This document shows, piece after piece, positions 1 through 7,570 of a DNA stretch of 39,150 nucleotides. A program made the position numbers and the translations under genes. The first letter of the stretch is position 1; each line of letters starts with the position of its first letter. The notes beneath the pieces were generated by a model. The model ran no database searches, was not told where the DNA came from, and worked only from the letters and a program-made list of their open reading frames with translations. Source of the DNA: Candidatus Bathyarchaeota archaeon (GTDB taxonomy: Archaea; Thermoproteota; Bathyarchaeia; Bathyarchaeales; Bathyarchaeaceae); NCBI GenBank assembly GCA_965602795.1, contig CBFCZR010000001.1, forward strand, positions 1-39,150, written 5' to 3'.

Positions 1-110
1 TTTTCAGAGTCCCAGCAAACAACAATGTAACGTTAGACTTGTCTCCTCATAAGAGTTGTGGGTCCACCTCGAGATTAGTGACGTTTCACTGTCTTTTTCT
101 ATTTGTTCTT
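1..110. repeat. Direct repeat copy A, truncated on the left by the window edge. It is a start-less duplicate of the 3' end of the ORF at 4608-4805.
   Basis: 1-110 aligns base for base with 4605-4714, with one mismatch (T56 vs C4660). In the frame of the 4608-4805 ORF, copy A hits TAA (complement of 109-111) exactly at the homology edge. It is therefore a gene fragment, not a second gene. Confidence 0.9.
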
Positions 111-504
111 AAGTGTATACACGTTTTAGCACATACATACACTCTACTGTTTACAGTATGGTACCTTCCTCTTCCTTTTTTATCCTCTCCATTAAATGGA
201 TAGGTACCTATAGGAAGGAGGTATGTACCTGAACCGTGTATACAGGTATAGGACCGTTCCGTCCGTTCAGGTAGCCCCAACCGTTGGACGTCATCCGTTT
301 CCGTCGTCCGTCGTCCCGTCCGTCTTGGTTGGTTGTTGGTTGGGTTAAAAATTAACCCCAAACCCAAACATAGTAGTTTATGCAAAGGGGTGAAGAGTAG
401 TTTTGATTCTGTGCTGGCCAAGCAATAAGATTAAATAAATTGACAAGAAATTAACTGAATTATAAGGTGGGCATAGTAATTTTTTAAACTAATTTTAGTT
501 TGAG

Positions 505-996
505 TCACGAAATCTCAGCATTTTCTGGTTCAAATAGATTCATCTCAGTGTATTCTTCTTTAAGTGGGTAAAAGCTTTCATCAGACAATGCAATTTCAAC
601 TTTCTCCACATAAGGCGATATTTTAACATCATTAACAATTTTTATGATTTCTGCTATATCTCTAAACACTATCAGAGCTACCAAATCAAATGCTCCAACA
701 AGTTCTACAATAAAGAACAAGTTTGTCATTTGATGAAAAGCTTCAACTAGTTGTTTTAAATTGGAATGTTTTGAAGTTGTAATAAACAAAAACGCTTTTC
801 CCTCAAATCCGATTTTCGAAAGATTAAGTATTAGGGTAGTCCCAAAAAATACGCCATCTTTTTTCATTTCTTCGTATCTTTTTTGCACGGTTACTGATGA
901 AACACCGATCTTTTCTGCAATCTGTAGAAATGGCATGTCTGATTTTTTTCTCAGTAATCTTAGAATATCTATATCAATTCTGTCCATACAATTCAA
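505..996 (-). CDS. Lrp/AsnC-family transcriptional regulator (HTH plus RAM-like domain)
   Basis: N-terminus DRIDIDILRLLRKKSDMPFLQIAEKIGVSSVTVQKRYEEMKKDG is a typical AsnC-type HTH. The C-terminal alpha/beta half has RAM-domain length. Start is either TTG at 996 or ATG at 987. The sequence is very AT-rich. Confidence 0.85.
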   Translation of the reverse strand: MNCMDRIDIDILRLLRKKSDMPFLQIAEKIGVSSVTVQKRYEEMKKDGVFFGTTLILNLSKIGFEGKAFLFITTSKHSNLKQLVEAFHQMTNLFFIVELVGAFDLVALIVFRDIAEIIKIVNDVKISPYVEKVEIALSDESFYPLKEEYTEMNLFEPENAEIS

Positions 997-1469
997 GTCC
1001 CTTTTTTCTTTATGAAATCAATGTTATCGAAATTGAAGTGTCTTTTACTCCAGATGTTTAACTCGACGTTCGTCACACCTTTCTGTTTCCTAAGTGAATA
1101 TTTTAACTCATCCAACTCGTTAATGCTCTTTGCAAAGACAGTTAAGCACAGATCATACTTCCCAATGGTTTTATTAATTCCACCGACTTTCACTTGGCGC
1201 TTGATAAATTCGATTACATCGTGCTCTCGGTGAGGGTCTAAATTAACTCCAAGTAAAAGCGGAGTGTTACATTCAAAACAAGCCATGTTAAGCTGCAGAA
1301 CTGATTTAACTATTAAACCGCTTTTCTTCATCCTGTCAATTCTATTTTTTATTGCAGTGGATGATAATCCGCACTCATTTGCTATGTCTTTTAGTTTCGA
1401 GCGGGCATCTCTTATTAGTGCTTGAAGAATTTTAACGTCCGTTTTGTCGATATTATACATTGACTGCAT
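993..1469 (-). CDS. Lrp/AsnC-family transcriptional regulator (second paralogue, in tandem)
   Basis: IDKTDVKILQALIRDARSKLKDIANECGLSSTAIKNRIDRMKKSGLI is an AsnC-type HTH, followed by a RAM-like C-terminal domain. Its stop overlaps the start of the downstream regulator. It is divergent from the surface-protein gene. Confidence 0.85.
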   Translation of the reverse strand: MQSMYNIDKTDVKILQALIRDARSKLKDIANECGLSSTAIKNRIDRMKKSGLIVKSVLQLNMACFECNTPLLLGVNLDPHREHDVIEFIKRQVKVGGINKTIGKYDLCLTVFAKSINELDELKYSLRKQKGVTNVELNIWSKRHFNFDNIDFIKKKGT

Positions 1470-1647
1470 TTTATGACCAATGATTTAAGTTATTTAAATA
1501 ATTATCCTCACTTCATTACATTTGCTAGCATAAAAAAACAAGTAAATTTAACCTTAAAATTGTTTTTTTTAATTATTTTCCTTTTTTATCCTAAAAAAAT
1601 AAATACCAGTAGCGAACAAACACCTACTCAGCAAAATAGGAGAAAAG

Positions 1648-4302
1648 ATGATGAAAATTTCAAGAAATAGATCAAAAATTTCTGTAATCTCTATGATTCT
1701 ACTGATAACTATATCTGCTACGCTTGTCGTTGTGCCATCTGTCAATGCACAAGAAACCAGAAAGACCTATCCTTTTCTTGGTGCTGTACCTAACCCCGTA
1801 GGCAAAGGCCAGACAGTGCTTTTCCACGTCGGAATCTTCCAGCAGTTGGCAAGTGCTAAAATGAGTTGGCAAGGTTTAAGCATAACAATTGAAAGACCTG
1901 ATGGCCAAACTGATACAATTACTGGCATCAATACTGACTCGACCGGCGGAACAGGCAAAACATACACGCCTGACCAAGTGGGAACATATTATTGTCAGTC
2001 GCACTTCCCTCAACAAGTAGTAGAAGAAGGCGTAAATGAGGCCCCAGGTATCCCGATTGGTACCGTGATGCTTGCTAGCAGCAGCGAAGTACTTGAGCTT
2101 GTAGTACAAGATGAATCAATACCATATTACCCTGATAATCCGCTTCCAAGCGAATACTGGACCCGCCCAATAGATGCGCAGCTTAGATTATGGAAGGCAG
2201 TTGCGGGTAACTGGCTGACTGCGACGCAAGGCTTCCCGCTAGCTGTTCCGGGTAATGCAGAAGCACCAGAGTCTGCGCACATATTATGGACAAAACCGCT
2301 GTATATCGGAGGGGTGTCAGGAGCAACAGGAACAGATTATCCTGAGTGGTCATTTAGTCACGGAGATGCATATGAAGGCAAATGGGAAAATCGACTTATA
2401 ATCAACGGTATACTCATATACACTCACCGTACCAACACTCGCCCACTAGTATATACTGCTGTAGACGTGCGTACCGGAGAAGAATTGTGGAATAAAGTAC
2501 TTCTGGATAACAGAACGATTGCCTTTGGCCAGAATTTGATATGGGGTGGATATAACCATCATTCCGTTTACCCATACTTCTGGGTAACTGTTGGCGGCGC
2601 TAGTAGGTATGGACCAGCTACACCTGCAACTTGGTACGCGTTTGACCCCTGGACTGGAGAACAAGAATTTACAGTGACGAACGTGCCTGATGGCACCACA
2701 GTTTTCGATGATCAAGGATGGATTTATCGTGTCGGTCTCGACTTTGATACTGGTGAAGGATATGTCTGGAGCATGGTGGATCTTATAGAACCCTTCGGTG
2801 AATCCAGCCCCAATGCGGGCAGTTGGCTTCCCGCGGGTTCCTTCTATGGAAATCGATATGGTACATGGGATGCAGCAGCAGTAGCAAACGAAACCACTGG
2901 AGAACTCACCGAAGCTGTACAGCGTGCGTACATATCAGAATTCACCTTTGACGCTGATCAATGTCCTGGTGGTGCAAGTGTGGTTCGTGCTTCGGAATTT
3001 AGTGCTAGTCGTCAAATGGGGAACATAGATGAATGGACTGGAAAGGTATTCGGTCTGCAATACAGTACAACAGCAGTCAACACTTGGGCTATCAGCTTGG
3101 AAGCAGGCAAAGAAGGAACTATATTGTTCAGTGAAACTTGGACTTCGCCAGCTGAATGGGAAGAAGGTCAGTTGGAAATCGAATTCAATGCAGTAAGCTT
3201 AGAGGATGGCGCTGCGGTTATTTGGACAAAAGAAAAACTACAATACTATGCATTCAGCACTGACACTGGAAAACACATGTGGGGTCCAACAGAAGGTGAA
3301 TATTACATGAACTATTATGGCTGGACAGAATTGGTTGAGCGCCCACCCTTTATTTGGGACGGCAAACTCTACTCATCTGGCGCCGGCGGACATATCTACT
3401 GCTACGACCTCACTGACGGCAAGGTCCTTTGGACCTACATTGCAGACGACCCCTACCAGGAATACTTGTTCGCTAATAATTGGTGGCAATTCTTCCTCTT
3501 CATTGCTGACGGTAAACTCTATTCAGCCCATATGGAACACTCTGCTATAGAACCTATGCCGCGCGGTGCACCATTCTTATGCCTCAACGCAACAACCGGA
3601 GATCTAATATGGAGAGCCAATGGTTTGTTCCGTTCAACCCGCTGGGGAGGACGTGGAATCATAGGCGACAGCGTAATGGTGGGATTTGACACATACGACA
3701 ACCGCCTCTATGCTGTTGGAAAGGGCCCAAGCGAAACCACTGTTGAAACACCGTTGACGGGTATGTCTAAGGGAACAAGTGTCGTAATTCGAGGCAGGGT
3801 GACTGATGTGTCTCCGGGCACAAAAGACCCCTCTCTGCAAATGAGATTCCCAGATGGCGTCCCAGCCGTATCTGATGCAAGCATGTCAGATTGGATGCTG
3901 TACGTGTACAAGCAGTTTGCGTGTCCAGCTGATGTTGAAGGTGTAAACGTGACTGTGAAAATCCTTGATCCTAATGGCGACTGGTACTCGGAAGCGGTTA
4001 CAAGCGATGCGAATGGCGTGTTTAGCCTTAGTTGGGCTCCCGCCATTGTCGGAAATTACCATGTCACTGCGATGTTCGAAGGCTCTGAATCTTACTACAC
4101 ATCATATTCAACAACCACTTTCACTGTAGACGAAACGCAAACAGCAGATGTTCCAAGCGCAGAAGAGATCGCAGACACAACCGTAAACCAACTGCCAGAA
4201 ATACCCGCCTACCTGACAATAGACCTAGTAATCCTGATAATCGCTGCAATCGGCGTGGTCATCGGCTTAATAGCATACATGGCTCTCAGGAAACAGAAAT
4301 AA
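1648..4302 (+). CDS. Secreted, C-terminally membrane-anchored surface protein: PQQ-like beta-propeller flanked by Ig/prealbumin-like domains
   Basis: AGGAG lies upstream of an ATGATG start. The signal peptide is MMKISRNRSKISVISMILLITISATLVVVPSVNA|QE. Repeated propeller-blade motifs are present (YTAVDVRTGEELWNK, GKLYSSGAGGHIYCYDLTDGKVLWTY, CLNATTGDLIWRA, NRLYAVG). A carboxypeptidase-regulatory-like domain is present (VNVTVKILDPNGDWYSEAVTSDANGVFSLSW). The C-terminus is a TM helix plus basic tail (LVILIIAAIGVVIGLIAYMALRKQK). Confidence 0.85.
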   Translation: MMKISRNRSKISVISMILLITISATLVVVPSVNAQETRKTYPFLGAVPNPVGKGQTVLFHVGIFQQLASAKMSWQGLSITIERPDGQTDTITGINTDSTGGTGKTYTPDQVGTYYCQSHFPQQVVEEGVNEAPGIPIGTVMLASSSEVLELVVQDESIPYYPDNPLPSEYWTRPIDAQLRLWKAVAGNWLTATQGFPLAVPGNAEAPESAHILWTKPLYIGGVSGATGTDYPEWSFSHGDAYEGKWENRLIINGILIYTHRTNTRPLVYTAVDVRTGEELWNKVLLDNRTIAFGQNLIWGGYNHHSVYPYFWVTVGGASRYGPATPATWYAFDPWTGEQEFTVTNVPDGTTVFDDQGWIYRVGLDFDTGEGYVWSMVDLIEPFGESSPNAGSWLPAGSFYGNRYGTWDAAAVANETTGELTEAVQRAYISEFTFDADQCPGGASVVRASEFSASRQMGNIDEWTGKVFGLQYSTTAVNTWAISLEAGKEGTILFSETWTSPAEWEEGQLEIEFNAVSLEDGAAVIWTKEKLQYYAFSTDTGKHMWGPTEGEYYMNYYGWTELVERPPFIWDGKLYSSGAGGHIYCYDLTDGKVLWTYIADDPYQEYLFANNWWQFFLFIADGKLYSAHMEHSAIEPMPRGAPFLCLNATTGDLIWRANGLFRSTRWGGRGIIGDSVMVGFDTYDNRLYAVGKGPSETTVETPLTGMSKGTSVVIRGRVTDVSPGTKDPSLQMRFPDGVPAVSDASMSDWMLYVYKQFACPADVEGVNVTVKILDPNGDWYSEAVTSDANGVFSLSWAPAIVGNYHVTAMFEGSESYYTSYSTTTFTVDETQTADVPSAEEIADTTVNQLPEIPAYLTIDLVILIIAAIGVVIGLIAYMALRKQK

Positions 4303-4315
4303 CCCAAAATTTTCC

Positions 4316-4338
4316 CTTCCCTTTTTTTATTTGGGAAG
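4316..4338 (+). terminator. Hairpin and oligo-T terminator candidate downstream of the surface-protein gene
   Basis: CTTCCC (4316-4321) pairs with GGGAAG (4333-4338) around a loop holding a T7 run (4322-4328). It sits 14 nt after the TAA stop. Oligo-T tracts are the usual archaeal termination signal. Confidence 0.4.
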
Positions 4339-4604
4339 TAAAAGTCAGAGGAAGAGGGGCTGAGAGGGCTCCTGCACGAGAAAATGAAACTTACCAAAAG
4401 CAATAGCTGCCAAGAAAGTTTCGTTTTTCGTTCCCATCTTTAACACTGTGCAGGCGCCTCAGCAAACCCCATTCTTCTAGATAGTAAAGCAAACGAAAAA
4501 TATTAGAGGTGAAGGAAAAGGGCTGAGAGGGCTTTGGAAAGGGTCCATGTCCGGTGACGGCATGGTGGGAGCTTTTGGTTTTGTTTTGGCTCCTTTCATT
4601 GCAC

Positions 4605-4714
4605 TTTTCAGAGTCCCAGCAAACAACAATGTAACGTTAGACTTGTCTCCTCATAAGAGCTGTGGGTCCACCTCGAGATTAGTGACGTTTCACTGTCTTT
4701 TTCTATTTGTTCTT
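4605..4714. repeat. Direct repeat copy B, forming the genuine 3' end of the 65-aa ORF at 4608-4805
   Basis: 109 of 110 nt are identical to 1-110. Homology ends at 4714/4715 on the right. The left limit is unknown because copy A is cut by the window start. Confidence 0.9.
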
Positions 4715-4805
4715 TGGTCATGATTTCGCATATTCTGTGGTCGTCTAAATCAATCAACAAAATATCTTGGGCGCGCGCAGGAGAAACAAAAAGATCAAAT
4801 ATCAT
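4608..4805 (-). CDS. Hypothetical small protein (65 aa), last gene of the topA operon
   Basis: An ATGA start/stop overlap with the upstream 69-aa ORF suggests translational coupling. I recognise no family. Its last 35 codons lie in the 110-bp repeat. Confidence 0.45.
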   Translation of the reverse strand: MIFDLFVSPARAQDILLIDLDDHRICEIMTKEQIEKDSETSLISRWTHSSYEETSLTLHCCLLGL

Positions 4806-5011
4806 TCTATTTCAGAAAGTAAGCTCAAAGCAACTTCTTTTGCCCAACATCCAGTGTATGCATTCTCCACAAGCTCTTCTAAATATTCCTTCCAAGAGAC
4901 GCCGGTAGCCCCTTTCCAGTTCTCAAATTTCTGAACAATATTCTGGTAAGCTTTTTCGTGGAACTCGCAATATTTCTCCACGGCTTCTCGGTCACAAACC
5001 GTGCACTTCAC
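4802..5011 (-). CDS. Small Cys/His-containing protein (69 aa), translationally coupled to topA
   Basis: A GTGA overlap links it to the topA stop. The N-terminal CxxC...CxxH pattern (MKCTVCDREAVEKYCEFHEKAY) suggests a small metal-binding domain. No family is recognised. Confidence 0.55.
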   Translation of the reverse strand: MKCTVCDREAVEKYCEFHEKAYQNIVQKFENWKGATGVSWKEYLEELVENAYTGCWAKEVALSLLSEIE

Positions 5012-7089
5012 TGTTTTTTCCTCCGCTTCTTCTTAAGAGGACAGTCTGGATTGAAGCACAGCCTCCAGGGCCGTCTGCCTCTGAGCCACACCAGCACCTG
5101 AGGCCATCCACACGCTTTACAATTACTTCCCGCAGGCTTAACGGTTCCACGTTGGGGAAGCGGAAACGATGTAGTGCAGAGTCCCTTGAAGTAGTTGCTG
5201 CAGCCTATGAACCGCTTTCTGGTCTTCCGCGAATAGATAATGGTCAGGTTGCCTGTGCCACAGTTTGGGCATTTTCCCACGATTCTTTCCTGTGCTTGTG
5301 CTCTCTTGATGGCTTTGGTTAAGGCTTCGCCTATAGTCTCCTCATTTTCTTTGAACTGCTCCAACTGGGGTTTCAGCTGTTCAACAACTTCTGCGAGAAC
5401 AGTTTCCCGCTTCAAACTGTTGTTTTGGATTTGCTCCATTTTGCCTTCAAGTTCTTGTGTAAGTTCTGCCGAGGTTACCATAGGAGCATACTTGCCGAGA
5501 ACATCGATTACGTCGAAGCCCAAATCAGTCACCACTATCCGTTCGTCACTGACGTAACCACGATTGTACAGCGTCTGAATGATTTCCGCTCGGGTCGCCT
5601 TAGTTCCGATTCCCAGCTTCTCCATCTTCTTCAGGATACTGCCTGGATTATAGCGAGACGGTGGACAGGTAAACTTGTCTTCCCGTAAGACCCGCTTTAG
5701 CCGAACTTTATCATCTTTTTTTATAGTGGGCAGTAGCACCTCTTCAGCTCTGACGTAGGGCTTGTAATATGTTATCCAGCCGTCCTTCAGAATACGTCGC
5801 CCCCTCAAAAAGAAGCTGTGACCATTTACGTCTAGGTGAACCTTTAGGCTCTCCTTGAGCGCCTCCTCCCCGAAAACAGCCATGAACCTGCGGACAATAA
5901 GGTCCCAGATTCGTTTCTCGGGTATCCCTAAGGGTTTTTCGGGCAGGTTTCCTGTTGGATATACAGCCGGATGGGCGGGGTCTTCTTTAGCTCCCTCTCT
6001 TGGCTTCAACGTTTTCTTTTCTAGAAGTTTTTTGGCCAGTTTATTGTATGCACGCTTTCTTTTGAGGGAGCTAAGGATTTTTTTGTAGTCTATTATAGAA
6101 GGAAGTTTCTGGCTGCTTGTCCTCGGGTAGGAAATCAAGGCGTCGAGGTATAGGCGCTGAGCGATTGCTAAGGTGCGTCTGGGGGTGTAGCCGAAGAGGC
6201 TGTAGGCTTCCCGCTGCAGTGTGCCTACGTCGAAGGGGATAGGAGACTTCTGGTGAACCTTTCTGGTGTTAATTTTCACGACTTCGCCAGTTTTGCCTGC
6301 GCAAGCTCTCACAACAGTGTCTGCTTCTGCCTTGGTTTCGATTCTTTTTCTTTCATATTCTGCCTCAACCACAGAGTTCAGGATTTCAGCCTCAGCGTTT
6401 ATTTGCCAGTATGGGGTTGGCACAAAGCTGCGGATTGTCTTCTCTCTTTTAGCCAGAAAATGGAGGGTTGGTCCCTGAACTCTTCCTGTGCTCAGGGTGG
6501 AGTATCTGCCGCTCCAGCGATGCGCAGCCAAAGTTAGGGCTCGGGAAAGGTTTATGCCGTATAGCCAGTCCACTTCATGTCTGGTTCTTCCGGCTTCTAT
6601 TAGGGCGAAATCTAGGTGGGGAAGAGGCTCTTCGTAAGCCTTCTCTAACTCGCTTTTCATGAGGGTAGAAAATTTCATCCTTTTCGCTGAATCTTCCTTA
6701 CCATCGCACGCATACTTCAGTATGCAGTAGCCGATGAGGCTGCCTTCAATGTCGTAGTCGCAGGCTGACACAAACTCGTCAGCGTCGCGGGACAGCTTCG
6801 AAAACGTTTCCACCCAATTGCGAATATGTTTTGCGCGTCGCTCTGCCAAGTGCCGTGGTGTCCACTTGAAGTTGAAGACTGGGTAGTGGTTTCGTTTTCC
6901 TCTTTCATGAACGATTGTGTAGAGGTGTCCGATGGCGGGAACAACAACGAGTTCTCGGTCTCGTTGAGCGACGAAATAGGGTACACTGTTTTCCTTATGT
7001 TTCTTGGGTTTCCCCTGCCTATCAAGTGCCTCCGCTATTCTTTTAGCGGCATCCGGCTTTTCGGTGACTATCAAGGTATATTTGCTCAT
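5008..7089 (-). CDS. topA: Type IA DNA topoisomerase (Topo I/III-like) with C-terminal zinc ribbons
   Basis: Toprim motifs are present: TLIVTEKPDAAKRIAEAL and ACDYDIEGSLIG. The active-site tyrosine motif is ISYPRTSSQKL. C-terminal CxxC zinc fingers are present (CPNCG...CSNY, CKACG...CFNPDC). I place the start at ATG 7089 (MSKYTLIV); the 26-codon extension to 7167 in the ORF track looks non-native. Confidence 0.92.
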   Translation of the reverse strand: MSKYTLIVTEKPDAAKRIAEALDRQGKPKKHKENSVPYFVAQRDRELVVVPAIGHLYTIVHERGKRNHYPVFNFKWTPRHLAERRAKHIRNWVETFSKLSRDADEFVSACDYDIEGSLIGYCILKYACDGKEDSAKRMKFSTLMKSELEKAYEEPLPHLDFALIEAGRTRHEVDWLYGINLSRALTLAAHRWSGRYSTLSTGRVQGPTLHFLAKREKTIRSFVPTPYWQINAEAEILNSVVEAEYERKRIETKAEADTVVRACAGKTGEVVKINTRKVHQKSPIPFDVGTLQREAYSLFGYTPRRTLAIAQRLYLDALISYPRTSSQKLPSIIDYKKILSSLKRKRAYNKLAKKLLEKKTLKPREGAKEDPAHPAVYPTGNLPEKPLGIPEKRIWDLIVRRFMAVFGEEALKESLKVHLDVNGHSFFLRGRRILKDGWITYYKPYVRAEEVLLPTIKKDDKVRLKRVLREDKFTCPPSRYNPGSILKKMEKLGIGTKATRAEIIQTLYNRGYVSDERIVVTDLGFDVIDVLGKYAPMVTSAELTQELEGKMEQIQNNSLKRETVLAEVVEQLKPQLEQFKENEETIGEALTKAIKRAQAQERIVGKCPNCGTGNLTIIYSRKTRKRFIGCSNYFKGLCTTSFPLPQRGTVKPAGSNCKACGWPQVLVWLRGRRPWRLCFNPDCPLKKKRRKKQ

Positions 7090-7283
7090 CGGCGTACCCA
7101 ATACATTTTCCTTCAGACACTTGAAACAATATAAATGGTTTATGACTAACAAGTGTTTGCAGTTCACAGAAAGGCAACACCATAAACAATCGGAATGGAT
7201 TCTCTACTGCGCTTCGGCGCTTTTGTCGTAATATATAAATAGCTTGTAACGTTTGTATTTCGGTCTACAAGGGCTGTGAGACG

Positions 7284-7472
7284 TTGCCTCAAAAGGTAAT
7301 TTGCGAAAAATGTGGTTCTGTTCTCTACGAAGGCACAGAGTTGAAACCTCCAGACGAGATAATTCAGGATAACGATGGCAAATGCCCTAAATGCGGCAAA
7401 AAAATTTCTTTTATACCAAAAAAAGTTGATGTCATAGCCGCCAAAGAAACAAGAAGAAGAAGAAGACGCTGA
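7284..7472 (+). CDS. Small zinc-ribbon protein (62 aa) with a poly-Arg tail
   Basis: CxxC-x19-CxxC (VICEKCGSVLYEG...GKCPKCGKKISFIPKK) with a C-terminal RRRRRR. It has a TTG start. A TATATAAATA box at 7232-7241 lies about 43 nt upstream. The architecture resembles RpoP/Rpo12-type ribbons, but I cannot assign it. Confidence 0.5.
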   Translation: MPQKVICEKCGSVLYEGTELKPPDEIIQDNDGKCPKCGKKISFIPKKVDVIAAKETRRRRRR

Positions 7473-7570
7473 AGATTCCAACCCCAAGTTCTCCAACAAA
7501 ACATTATTTTTGATGGAAAAAAATTAAGTGCTTTAATGTAGATATTAAGGTTTGAATGGAGTTGTAAAGT

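Noticed and set aside
86-421. 111-aa minus-strand ORF spanning the repeat edge and the palindromic / CCGT-rich tract
   Set aside because: Its translation is low-complexity (RRTGRRTTETDD, GLGLGLIFNPTNNQP), produced by the simple-sequence DNA. It has no SD, no recognisable domain, and straddles a homology breakpoint. I treat it as non-coding sequence; see the finding at 111-504.
4477-4599. 40-aa minus-strand ORF (MKGAKTKPKAPTMPSPDMDPFQSPLSPF...) and the 64-aa ORF at 4209-4403 downstream of orf65
   Set aside because: Neither has an SD. The 64-aa ORF overlaps the surface-protein gene antisense. The shared SPLSP peptide is simply the reverse-complement reading of the repeated 14-mer. They are more simply explained as non-coding.
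4340-4604. Possibility that the structured intergenic region is RNase P RNA or SRP (7S) RNA
   Set aside because: Strings such as GGAAAGGGTCC and AGGTGAAGG are superficially reminiscent of RNase P CR-I/CR-II. They occur in the wrong order, do not match the consensus (GAGGAAAGUCC...), and the region is too short. No SRP helix-8-like motif is evident. I report it only as an unclassified structured candidate.
111-4604. Looked for an integrase, transposase or terminal inverted repeats that would make the repeat-bracketed segment a self-mobile element
   Set aside because: None of the ORFs has recombinase or transposase motifs. The two inner ends (111-130 and 4585-4604) are not inverted repeats of each other. 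I therefore do not annotate a mobile_element feature, and only flag the att-like repeats as a finding.
7090-7167. N-terminal extensions given by the ORF track for topA (to 7167), PCNA (to 18252), Nop10 (to 11142), the HTH regulator (to 13866) and the PhoU-like gene (to 38842)
   Set aside because: The extra residues (for example MNCKHLLVINHLYCFKCLKENVLGTP) do not resemble the family N-termini. Internal ATGs coincide with the expected conserved starts, and where I checked they have an SD (PCNA: GGAGGT 6 nt upstream of 18210).
7164-7499. 111-aa minus-strand ORF antisense to the 62-aa zinc-ribbon ORF
   Set aside because: Its Ser run is the mirror image of the AGA-AGA Arg codons on the plus strand. 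It has no motifs. The plus-strand ORF has a clean CxxC...CxxC ribbon and an upstream TATA box.
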